Shown: positions 56,362 through 64,000 of the stretch, in pieces
Position numbering within the stretch: the stretch's first letter is position 1
Layout of the letters: the number at the start of each line of letters is the position of its first letter
Origin: Gammaproteobacteria bacterium
GTDB taxonomy: Bacteria > Pseudomonadota > Gammaproteobacteria > Eutrophobiales > Eutrophobiaceae
Direction of reading: 5' to 3'
DNA length: 64,000 nt
NCBI GenBank assembly: GCA_965208655.1
Contig: CBDBPJ010000003.1
Span: forward strand, 449,324 to 513,323
Made by a program: the position numbers and the translations under genes
Notes under the pieces: model-generated
The model's database searches: none
The model's input: only the letters and a program-made list of their open reading frames with translations
Told to the model about the DNA's origin: nothing

Positions 56362-56742
56362 CTCAGATGAAGCCTATGAACTTTATGAACCTTCTCTTGA
56401 ACGAATTCAAAACCCGAATTACAAGGTAGATTTAGAACTGAGAGAAAATTGAAACGATCTCTGTGAATCACAAATTCAAGATATCCGGCTTGGAACGACA
56501 TCTTTCTATCCCGCCCAAAGCTTCCTTTCTTTAAGCATAGCTATAATGTCTTCCAGAATACTTTTTTTCTGAGCGTCATCCTGCACGTACACCTGAAAGG
56601 CCTGCATCGTCCCTTTCTCCCCCTTGTCGAACAGATTCCCTTCGATGATAAAAGGTGTCTTTGATTCGCTCACGACTGCGCTGCAAGAGGTGTACGTCGT
56701 CATAGCTATTTGGACAGTTGTCCGCCCGATTGAAGAGACGGT

Positions 56743-57741
56743 TCAGCTCATCGGGTTGGTTGTCAGTTGTCGATCATAATGTAATTGTCGGCGCTGGGCC
56801 ATAGTATTTAATTTGATCAGGCCTCTTTCCTCTCGTATTTGCTGTCCCCTGCCATAGTACACATCTGCCGGTGTCAGGTTGTCCAGTGATTCATGATAGC
56901 GCTCGTGGTTGTAGTAGGTGACGAAGCGTTGAATATGCTCCTGTAGTTCACTGGGAAAGTAATAATTATTCAGCAAGATCTGGTTTTTCATGGAACGATG
57001 CCAGCGCTCAATCTTGCCCTGGGTTTGTGGATGGTAAGGCTTGCCTCTGGAGTGGGTCATACCGTTAGCGGCCAGATAATCGGCCAGGTCGCTCGAGAGA
57101 TAACAGGGGCCATTGTCACTGAGCAGGCGGGGTTTGTGTTTGACCTTCACCTCATCTAGCCCGGTGAAGTCCAGGGCATCATTTAAGGTATCCATGACAT
57201 CATCAGCCTTCATGCCGGTGCACAATCGCCAGGCCAGGATGAAGCGTGAGTAATCGTCCATGACGGTAGACAGGTAATACCAGCCCCAGCCAACGACCTT
57301 GAAGTAGGTAAAATCGGTCTGCCACAGGTCGTTGACTCGACGGCTGGGATGCTGGAACCTGTCTGAAGCCTGCATCAGGATATAGGCGGGGCTGGTGATC
57401 AGGTCCTGAGCCTTGAGCAAGCGATACACCGTGGACTCGGAGACAAAATAGCGGGTCTCATCCGTATAGCGAACCGCTAATTCCCGGGGTGACAGTGTCG
57501 GTTCCTTCAGCGCCAGTTCCACAATAGCAGTGCGGTGCCGGTCCGGAAGCCGGTTCCATACGGCAACAGGATGAGGGCTATTATCCGCCAGGGCATCAAC
57601 CCCACCATCGTAGTAGCGTTTGAGCCAGTTGTAGTAAGTGGAACGGTGAATAGCCAGCCGTTTGAGCGTCTGGCCCACTGAGAGGCTGGATTGTTCCACC
57701 AGTTGGAGGATCTCGTACTTCTCGGACGCTGAATACCTCAT
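56743..57741 (-). CDS. IS3-family transposase OrfB (HTH + rve integrase core)
   Basis: 332 aa. DDE core LWQTDFTY...LLSDNGPCY...HPQTQGKIERWH. Confidence 0.9.
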   Translation of the reverse strand: MRYSASEKYEILQLVEQSSLSVGQTLKRLAIHRSTYYNWLKRYYDGGVDALADNSPHPVAVWNRLPDRHRTAIVELALKEPTLSPRELAVRYTDETRYFVSESTVYRLLKAQDLITSPAYILMQASDRFQHPSRRVNDLWQTDFTYFKVVGWGWYYLSTVMDDYSRFILAWRLCTGMKADDVMDTLNDALDFTGLDEVKVKHKPRLLSDNGPCYLSSDLADYLAANGMTHSRGKPYHPQTQGKIERWHRSMKNQILLNNYYFPSELQEHIQRFVTYYNHERYHESLDNLTPADVYYGRGQQIREERGLIKLNTMAQRRQLHYDRQLTTNPMS

Positions 57742-58100
57742 ATACCGTCCTGCCCATCCCCGATTATGCTTTTTTTGAGCAGACGGTTTTCCATCACCAC
57801 TTCGGCCAGAGCTTCTTTCAGGGAAGCTGTCTCGGCTCGCAGGGTCTTGACCTCATCTGAAGTGGCTTCCCGAACGGTGTCACCCGACAGGCGTTTTTTG
57901 CCCGCCTCCAGAAATTCCTTGCTCCAGCGGTAGTACACATTGGTATTGATGCCCTCACGGCGGCAAAGCTCGGCAATACTGTCTTCGCCGCGTAGGCCCT
58001 CGAGGACAATGCGGATTTTCTCTTCGGCAGCGTATTTCTTGCGGGTATGGCGGCGAATATCACGTACCGTCTTTTCAACTTCAGGTTTTTTCTTCATCAT
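57738..58100 (-). CDS. IS3-family transposase OrfA (HTH, leucine-zipper)
   Basis: 120 aa. RKKYAAEEKIRIVLEGLRGEDSIAELCRREGINTNVYYRWSKEF; 4-nt overlap with orfB. Confidence 0.9.
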   Translation of the reverse strand: MMKKKPEVEKTVRDIRRHTRKKYAAEEKIRIVLEGLRGEDSIAELCRREGINTNVYYRWSKEFLEAGKKRLSGDTVREATSDEVKTLRAETASLKEALAEVVMENRLLKKSIIGDGQDGI

Positions 58101-58194
58101 TCTCTCCTCCGGGAGTTAACGATGAGCCAAAACCGTCTCTTAAGCAATCAGGCTATTCTGTCCAACTGGGGCTGACGGGGTACAGCACATTGGT

Positions 58195-58629
58195 TCACGA
58201 TTCATAGTCCAGTTCCATATTATAATTGTTCGGCCGTTTTACCGCCCCGCCCCCTTTTGCGGTCTCATTGTCCCATGTCAAAACACTCAGGGCGCGGAGG
58301 CGCAGCGGCCGATAAATGACGGAGCGGCGACCGTGTCCACACTTTTCGGCTAGGGTTTCATAGGATATCTGGCAATGGTTGATTTGAACGTAAAAGTTCG
58401 CGATTGCGCTCAACAGCTTTTTTTCCGTCTTAGTGGTCCTGCAGGCCGGATGACGGCTTGCCCAGGTAGCCACCTCGGACGGTGTCGCGTCGGCGCGTAG
58501 CCCCGGATAATCCCGCACCCTGGCGCCCAGGTCATCGGGCACCACGTCGTGGACGTGCAGGCCCGAGGCCCTGAGCGGAATTTGACGCGGATTTGTTTCT
58601 GGCTTAAGACTGTTCACGTAACCCTTCAT
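58195..58629 (-). CDS. Hypothetical island protein (start taken at MKGYVNSL)
   Basis: An ORF downstream of the AlpA-like gene, as is usual in P4-type islands. No confident motif. Confidence 0.35.
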   Translation of the reverse strand: MKGYVNSLKPETNPRQIPLRASGLHVHDVVPDDLGARVRDYPGLRADATPSEVATWASRHPACRTTKTEKKLLSAIANFYVQINHCQISYETLAEKCGHGRRSVIYRPLRLRALSVLTWDNETAKGGGAVKRPNNYNMELDYES

Positions 58630-58692
58630 CCAGATAACACACGTTCCTCGCCAGGAACACGAAAACCCGGTTCGCCACAACCGGGATTTCTT

Positions 58693-58899
58693 TTATGCGG
58701 GTTGAGTTTTGCGGGGTTGCGCCTGTAACCAGGCCCTTATCTCGGTCAGGTACCAGCGTGAAGACCTCCCCAGCTTTATCGGCTTCGGGAATCTGTCTTC
58801 GCTCATCATTTTGTAAATGCCGGGCCTGGACAGGCCCGTGCAGGTCATAATCGTTTTCAGGTCCACCAATGTCGGCAGGATTTCCACGGAATCACTCAT
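58693..58899 (-). CDS. AlpA-family transcriptional regulator/excisionase-like protein
   Basis: LVDLKTIMTCTGLSRPGIYKMMSEDRFPKPIKLGRSSRWYLTEIRAWL is the AlpA/Xis-type HTH pattern. Confidence 0.75.
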   Translation of the reverse strand: MSDSVEILPTLVDLKTIMTCTGLSRPGIYKMMSEDRFPKPIKLGRSSRWYLTEIRAWLQAQPRKTQPA

Positions 58900-59020
58900 A
58901 ACAAACCTCTTTGATTTGTGTCTCTGCACATCACCGGGTGCAGTTACCGAGGGGTGGAAATTTTCAATCTGATGGAGTATCAGTATAGTTGATTGTATTC
59001 CTATGTCAACAAACGTCTAT

Positions 59021-60244
59021 TCACGCCCTTTTCAGTTCAACGATTTTCGCGTCAGCGCCGGCCAGGTATTGCGCCCACTGGCTCATAAGCAGCGCTCTGC
59101 GCTGAAATAAATCGGTCCTGAAATAAGCACCTTCGACGCCCGGTACCGCGCGCGCCAACGCCGCCTCTGCGATCTCCCGGGGCTTGCCGGTATCGGCACA
59201 CCAATCGCGAAACGAACTCCGAAATCCGTGGACCGTTGCCCGATGATGATAGCCGGCGCGCTCCAACAGTTTCGCCAGCGTCATGCTCGACATCGGTTTA
59301 CCCGGCCGACGCGGCGACGGAAAAACCAGCCCGGAACCATCCGCCAGTATCCGGGCCTTGTCCAGCACGGCAACCGCGGCATCACTCAACGGTACCCGGT
59401 GCTCCCGATTCATCTTCATCCGCGTCGCCGGTATCGTCCAGGTCCGGGTCTCGAGGTCTATCTCATCCCAGGTCGTGCCCAGGACCTCACCGGTTCTGGT
59501 CGCAGTCAGTATCAGGAACCTGAACGCGAGTTCCGCGGGAACTGAGCAACTGCCGCCGCCGACGGCCTCCAGGGCCGCGGATACATCCTTGTGTGGCAAG
59601 GCCCGTAAATGCGTCTTCGCGGCCTTCTGCTTCGGCAGGGCCCCGTCAATGACCTCGCCGGCAGGGTTGGTATCAATGTAACCGTGCGCTTGCGCCCACC
59701 GGAATATTGCCTGCATGTTCTGGCGCAGGCGTCTGGCAATGTCCGGTGTCTTCGACCACAACGGCACCAGGACGTGCAGGACGTCCTCGCGGCCTACCTG
59801 GTCAATGGGAATGTGACCGATAGCAGGCCCCGCGTGCTTCTCTACAATCCGGCGCCAGGTCCAGACATTGGGACCGGCCCGCCAGCGCGGTTTCAATGCC
59901 TCCCAGGTCCTTATCGTTGCCGTTGCAAAGTCCGGTGTACGCTCCCGGCGCTTCTCCGCCAGGGGGTTCCGCCCCTCGACCCTGGCCGCGCGCTGGTTGG
60001 CCAGTGCAAGTTCCCGCGCGTCCGCCAGGCCCACGTGACGGAAACTGCCCAGGCCTATGTCATGGCGCTTGCCGTTGATCACCAGTCTCTGTACCCAGGA
60101 CTTTGAACCGGTGTACCCCACCCGCAGATAAAGAGTGTCGCCGCACCGGTATGTCCCCGGTCGCTTGATTGCTTTCGCTTCTGCCGCCGTCATTTTTCGC
60201 ATGTCTGTTCCCGGTATAGTGGTTACCCACATTTTTTCCAACAA
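59021..60244 (-). CDS. Tyrosine-type site-specific integrase (P4-like, DUF4102-type N-terminal arm-binding domain)
   Basis: 407 aa. N-terminus GTYRCGDTLYLRVGYTGSKSWVQRLVINGKRHDIGLG. The catalytic region has TATRTGE, HGFRSSFRDW and the terminal Y in GAYFRTD. Confidence 0.9.
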   Translation of the reverse strand: MLEKMWVTTIPGTDMRKMTAAEAKAIKRPGTYRCGDTLYLRVGYTGSKSWVQRLVINGKRHDIGLGSFRHVGLADARELALANQRAARVEGRNPLAEKRRERTPDFATATIRTWEALKPRWRAGPNVWTWRRIVEKHAGPAIGHIPIDQVGREDVLHVLVPLWSKTPDIARRLRQNMQAIFRWAQAHGYIDTNPAGEVIDGALPKQKAAKTHLRALPHKDVSAALEAVGGGSCSVPAELAFRFLILTATRTGEVLGTTWDEIDLETRTWTIPATRMKMNREHRVPLSDAAVAVLDKARILADGSGLVFPSPRRPGKPMSSMTLAKLLERAGYHHRATVHGFRSSFRDWCADTGKPREIAEAALARAVPGVEGAYFRTDLFQRRALLMSQWAQYLAGADAKIVELKRA

Positions 60245-60351
60245 TGAAAATTTGTGCCCCTATAGAATTTGATAGATACCCATAGAACACAGTATAAATG
60301 CAGGCGTCGGAAATGTAAAATTTTTTCTTATGTAACAGACAGTTATAGCGG

Positions 60352-61551
60352 TCAGCGTAATCCGGTGAACACCAACTCCGTTACTTCGCTGACAAACATA
60401 TTGGTGTTTACCTTGAAGCTTTTTAACCGGGCATTGGAGTGGCTGCCTACCATTTCTGCGACGGCTTCCTGGGTCTCGATTAATGCCACATGCTGACCGA
60501 GACAGGAGTATAGGCCGCCGCCAAAGTCCAGCAGATGGTGGACAACTTTCCGGGTCGGATCGTAGCGTAAGGGGTCGTCGTAAACCCTCGGGTCCCGGTG
60601 GGCCGCGGGTATCAGGTGATGGATCGGTGTGCCTTCAGGGATCAGGACTCCACCGTATTCCAGGTCTTCTGAAGCATAGCGCATCAGCGTATTGATACGG
60701 CCGGACAAACGGATTGTTTCATCGACAGCAGCCGGAATCAGTTCAGGATGATCAATGACCTGTTGCCAGCGTTGCCTGTCACTCGCAAGCCGGCCGATGA
60801 CTGTGGCGATGCCATGGGCGGTGTTGTCGGTACTGGCCTCGTTGAACATGGAGACGATGTGGAACAACTCCTGCTCACTGAAATAACCGGCCTGATGCTG
60901 GGCAATGAAATTGGCAAGGAGATTTTCCTTCGGTGCTTCCATTGCATTGTCTATGAGGCTTTGGACGTAGGGAAACAATTCATCGTAGGCAGCGATAATA
61001 CCGGGGGTAAATTCAGGATTTCTGCTGAATATCTTCAGAAGCCGGTCAGACAGGTCGGCGATCCAGGGGGCATCACTCAGCGGTGCGCCAAACCATAGAC
61101 AAAACAGGCTGGACGGGACCGAAAAAGCAAAATCGTGCAGCAGATCGGTTTCTGTGTCCGGATCTATGTTCTGCAGGAGGTCCTTGACCAGTTGCCGGAT
61201 CATGGGGCGTTGTTCTTCGATGACCGAGGCGCCGATTGCCCGTGTCAGTGCCTGGCGGATACGCGTGCGGTATGCATCCCGGCCGTGGCTTAATAACATG
61301 CATCTCTTGAATTCCTTTGCCGGTCCTTCAGGAAAGTTCATGGCCTCGACCAGGCCCATATGATCTGCATACAAGCGCCGATCCCTTAACAAGCCGACAC
61401 ATTCCTTATGTCCCAGCACTTCCAGCCCGCGGGCACTGCGGGCGAAGGGCCCCCGTTCGTGGGCCGACATGACAACAGCATCAAAATCGTCACTGGAGGC
61501 AAAGGCTGCGGTGATATCAATGGTGGGGAGTTGGTCGATGGTGAGTGTCAT
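60352..61551 (-). CDS. Cytochrome P450
   Basis: 399 aa. Heme-binding loop FGGGLYSCLGQHVA, the ExxR (ETIR) motif and the I-helix (ASTDNTA). Confidence 0.9.
   Translation of the reverse strand: MTLTIDQLPTIDITAAFASSDDFDAVVMSAHERGPFARSARGLEVLGHKECVGLLRDRRLYADHMGLVEAMNFPEGPAKEFKRCMLLSHGRDAYRTRIRQALTRAIGASVIEEQRPMIRQLVKDLLQNIDPDTETDLLHDFAFSVPSSLFCLWFGAPLSDAPWIADLSDRLLKIFSRNPEFTPGIIAAYDELFPYVQSLIDNAMEAPKENLLANFIAQHQAGYFSEQELFHIVSMFNEASTDNTAHGIATVIGRLASDRQRWQQVIDHPELIPAAVDETIRLSGRINTLMRYASEDLEYGGVLIPEGTPIHHLIPAAHRDPRVYDDPLRYDPTRKVVHHLLDFGGGLYSCLGQHVALIETQEAVAEMVGSHSNARLKSFKVNTNMFVSEVTELVFTGLR
60377..60391 (+). repeat. Candidate right att-type direct repeat (TCCGTTACTTCGCTG), inside the 3' end of the P450 gene
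   Basis: The partner of 27018-27032 (14/15 identity), about 130 bp from the integrase start codon. Confidence 0.35.
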
Positions 61552-61758
61552 GAGACTCTTGTGGATACCTCTGTTTAAGCCCGTTTAACCGATTGCTATT
61601 TTAGCAGGATACAGAGTCTTCCAATCATAATTATTGTTTACAAGTGATGATAATTAGTTATGGTTGCCCGTAACTGCCCAGGCTGACTGAAGACTGGTGA
61701 TCCCGCACATGGTCGACAACATTCCCGTCATCGCGCCGTATTCGGTGAGAAATCCGGG

Positions 61759-62955
61759 CTAACTGCTCGCCTCCCGGATCATCTTGCGGAACATGCGTAT
61801 GCCCACGAGTTTGAGCATCAGCATTTTAAAAAAGGAAGGTCGTCCGGAGTTGGCCGCGGATACATACTCGTTGATGCCCAGTTGTTCCCGCAGGTCTTCG
61901 GACATCGCCTGCATGGGGCCGTCGGCCGGGATGCCGGTTGAATCGGCGATCCGCACCATGCGCTGGAAGTTGGATATGACCCCGGCTGTATCGATCATCG
62001 CCGCTGAACCCATTTTATCCACCAGGGCCTGGCGCGCCGTCTCCAGTTCAGCGCCATCCACGCCCATGGAGGCGTTGGTGAACTGCAGCAGTTCGCGGGA
62101 ATTCGGTATCCCCTTGATTTCCGTACAGGACGGATCGGTAAGGCCGTCGAAGTCGATGGACCCCCCTGTCAGCTCGACGCTCTCACGGAGCATCACCACG
62201 TGTGAGGCAGTTCAGTAGAAACAGCCGTTGAGTGCGGACACTCGTGCGGCCACTACCTCGGTCTGGGGACGGGTCAGGTTTCCATGAGGGGACTTGGTAA
62301 CATTCCAGACTTCACCAACCTCCAGGTAATGCGCTACGGAACTATCGAGCAGGGAACGAACTTCATCAGGCACCAGGCTGAGTGCCCGGATGACGTAGCC
62401 GCGCATATCGCCTTCCCACAGGTCGGCGTCCGGCCCGCTGTCGACCCGCGTCGGGAGTATCGGGACCCAGGCCCGGTCGTAGGCAGCATTGTCGGGACGG
62501 TATTGGTTGGGCTCGCCCGGTTGCGGATCCGGCAGTTCGTTCAGAGGCAGGCCGAGGCAGCGGCAGAATTCGTCTATGGAGAACACCGCGACCTGGGTGC
62601 CGATAATTTCAACGTACTGTTCTTCGCTGAGACCCTGCTGCATGATCCCGTCGAACCAGCTTTTGGTGAGGCGCGCCGAATCGGTGGTGACGCGGTGGAT
62701 GACTTCTAGCACGACGTCGGGAAGATCGCCGACTGTGTCATGCACCCCGTCAACCGTGTATGGAGATAACGCTTCCTTGCGCCGGCGGCAGAGATTGCAT
62801 TGCTGCGAATGGCGGATTTCCCTGGCTATGTCGACCCGTTCGGCGCCCGTGAACCAGTTACCCGGTGCAGCCAGACGCTGCCAGTAACGATTATGACTTG
62901 CTGCGAAGTTCTCGCGCACCGGCCAGGGCGCATTGCTATAGTCAATCTTGCTCAT
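61759..62955 (-). CDS. AhpD/carboxymuconolactone decarboxylase-like protein with in-frame UGA (62212-62214) at the CxxC position: candidate selenoprotein (CFYU)
   Basis: The two listed ORFs (62212..62955 and 61759..62199) are in the same frame, separated only by TGA plus 4 codons. The joined sequence reads ..VSALNGCFY-U-TASHVVML.., which superimposes on the AhpD-family signature N.C.YC...H. Confidence 0.6.
62165..62208 (-). promoter_or_regulatory. Candidate bacterial SECIS hairpin just downstream of the UGA
   Basis: The mRNA reads UGA ACUGC CUCAC ACGUGGUGAUGCUCC GUGAG AGC. This gives a 5-bp stem starting 6 nt after the UGA with a G/U-rich loop containing GGUG. The fold was judged by eye only. 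Confidence 0.3.
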
Positions 62956-63076
62956 TTGCAGGAATTCTCCCTGATCCTACAGGTTGCGTCAATGCAGTCA
63001 GGCAAATTTGGGACACCCATAAATTTACATTAATCCGAAATTTATGGGTGTCCCAAATTTACACTGGCCCCTGGTA

Positions 63077-64000
63077 TTATTGGCCGTAAGCCCAGCTTAC
63101 CTGTGCGCCGAAGGTGCGCGGCCTGACGGTGAAGAGCCTGTACGTATCCGGTCCCCAGGAACCGTCTATATCGATTCTTGCCCGCTTGTCGGTGATGTTG
63201 TCCACGAAGAAACGCAGGCCCCAGTCGCCATGCTGGAAGTTGGCGCTCAGACCCAACAGGAAATAATCACCAATTTCAACAAAGCCGGGAAAGTTGTTGT
63301 TGAAGAACGTGTCGGATTCACCCGTGTAGGAGAAATTGCCGCGCAGCGATGCTTCCGTGTTATCCAGCATGGTAAACGGGAACGTATATTCCATGGTGCC
63401 GGAGAAAGCCCACTCAGGCACTTTCGGTATGTTGTCGCCGTCCACACCCAGGGGAGGGGTAAACCCCGGTGCAGCCAGGCCCGGGTCAATCAACTGGTCC
63501 TCGGTCAGTTCCGCATTGAGCCAGGTGGCGCCGAAGTGCAGCAAAAATTGATCCGTCGGCCGCGCGGACAGTTCAAGCTCGACCCCGTCCACCTCGGCTT
63601 CCGCCGCGTTGGAAATGAACTCGACAGCGCCGGTGGGTTCCACGCCGGGTACCTGCATGTCGTCCCAGAACATCTTGAAATACGTCGCGTTCAGGGTGAC
63701 CCGGTCGTCGTTCCAGGAGGTCTTGGCGCCAACCTCGACGCTCAGGACTTCATCTGAAGTGAACGCAGCGGGGATGCTGATACCGAAAGCGGATGCCGTG
63801 GAGGCGTCGTTGATCCCCCCCTGCCTGAAACCGGTTGCCGCGCGCACGTAGTACATCTGGCTGTCGGTCGGGGCAAAGGACACGCTGGCATCCCAGGTGA
63901 CTTGATCTTCCTTCGCTGTGGCATCCACCGTCGGTATCGGCGTGGTCTGGATCGGACCGCCGAACAACGGTGGGATGGTAAAAGCGATACTGCCCTGGAA
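63077..64000 (-). CDS. TonB-dependent receptor, C-terminal part (5' end beyond window)
   Basis: Beta-barrel-type sequence (NATYFKMFWDDMQV, GVELELSARP, FVDNITDKR) running to the window edge with an open frame. Confidence 0.8.
   Translation of the reverse strand, partial: FQGSIAFTIPPLFGGPIQTTPIPTVDATAKEDQVTWDASVSFAPTDSQMYYVRAATGFRQGGINDASTASAFGISIPAAFTSDEVLSVEVGAKTSWNDDRVTLNATYFKMFWDDMQVPGVEPTGAVEFISNAAEAEVDGVELELSARPTDQFLLHFGATWLNAELTEDQLIDPGLAAPGFTPPLGVDGDNIPKVPEWAFSGTMEYTFPFTMLDNTEASLRGNFSYTGESDTFFNNNFPGFVEIGDYFLLGLSANFQHGDWGLRFFVDNITDKRARIDIDGSWGPDTYRLFTVRPRTFGAQVSWAYGQ

Larger units (their letters stand above)
56710..58165 (-). mobile_element. IS3-family insertion sequence
   Basis: Imperfect terminal IRs TTGGACAG...AAGAGACGGTT (56710-) and their inverse (-58165), enclosing orfA/orfB. 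No clear TSD. Confidence 0.8.

Noticed and set aside
56506-56703. 65-aa ORF abutting the IS3 left end
   Set aside because: It has no motif, and its start codon lies right at the IS boundary. It is probably a truncated remnant or spurious, so it is not annotated as a gene.

Overview
The window looks like a Gram-negative, proteobacterial-type chromosome segment rich in TonB-dependent receptors and aromatic catabolism genes. It falls into three blocks.

(1) 1-27.0 kb, core metabolism:
- Sarcosine oxidase soxA (5' partial) and soxG, then MFS, TauD and LLM oxygenase genes.
- A selenium block: an oxidoreductase-SelD fusion, a SenB-like glycosyltransferase and an EgtB-like SenA (a selenoneine senABC-type cluster), followed by selA.
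- A protocatechuate 4,5-cleavage cluster (ligAB, pobA, ligJ, ligK, ligU, ligI) with a Rieske oxygenase, a LysR regulator carrying two tandem HTH domains, and a frameshifted ligI.
- A TonB receptor, an MFS transporter, a VOC protein and a 2OG oxygenase.

(2) About 27.0-60.4 kb, a mosaic genomic island:
- It is bracketed by a 14/15-nt direct repeat, with a P4-type tyrosine integrase and an AlpA gene at the right end.
- It holds decayed phage structural genes interrupted by an intact IS21 (5-bp TSD), and an AT-rich defence region with two different Dcm+Vsr+GHKL-ATPase systems.
- System A (33.9-39.8 kb) couples Vsr and Dcm to a 742-aa protein with two GHKL folds and a histidine-kinase-like H-box, a receiver-like protein and an orphan. 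I cannot match it to any described system, so it is my top candidate for something new.
- System B (43.9-53.8 kb) has the architecture RHH-Dcm-Vsr-GHKL-Z1-PD-(D/E)XK-AIPR, followed by an SRA-like/Mrr-like methyl-directed nuclease.
- System B is flanked by two diverged 0.6-kb non-autonomous Tn7-like mini-elements. One of them has a perfect 5-bp TSD.
- An IS3 element and recombinase, transposase and relaxase debris complete the island.

(3) 60.4-64 kb, core again:
- A cytochrome P450.
- An AhpD/CMD-like gene with an in-frame UGA exactly at the second Cys position of its NxCxYCxxxH motif (candidate selenoprotein).
- A partial TonB-dependent receptor.

No CRISPR array, rRNA gene or convincing tRNA gene was seen.
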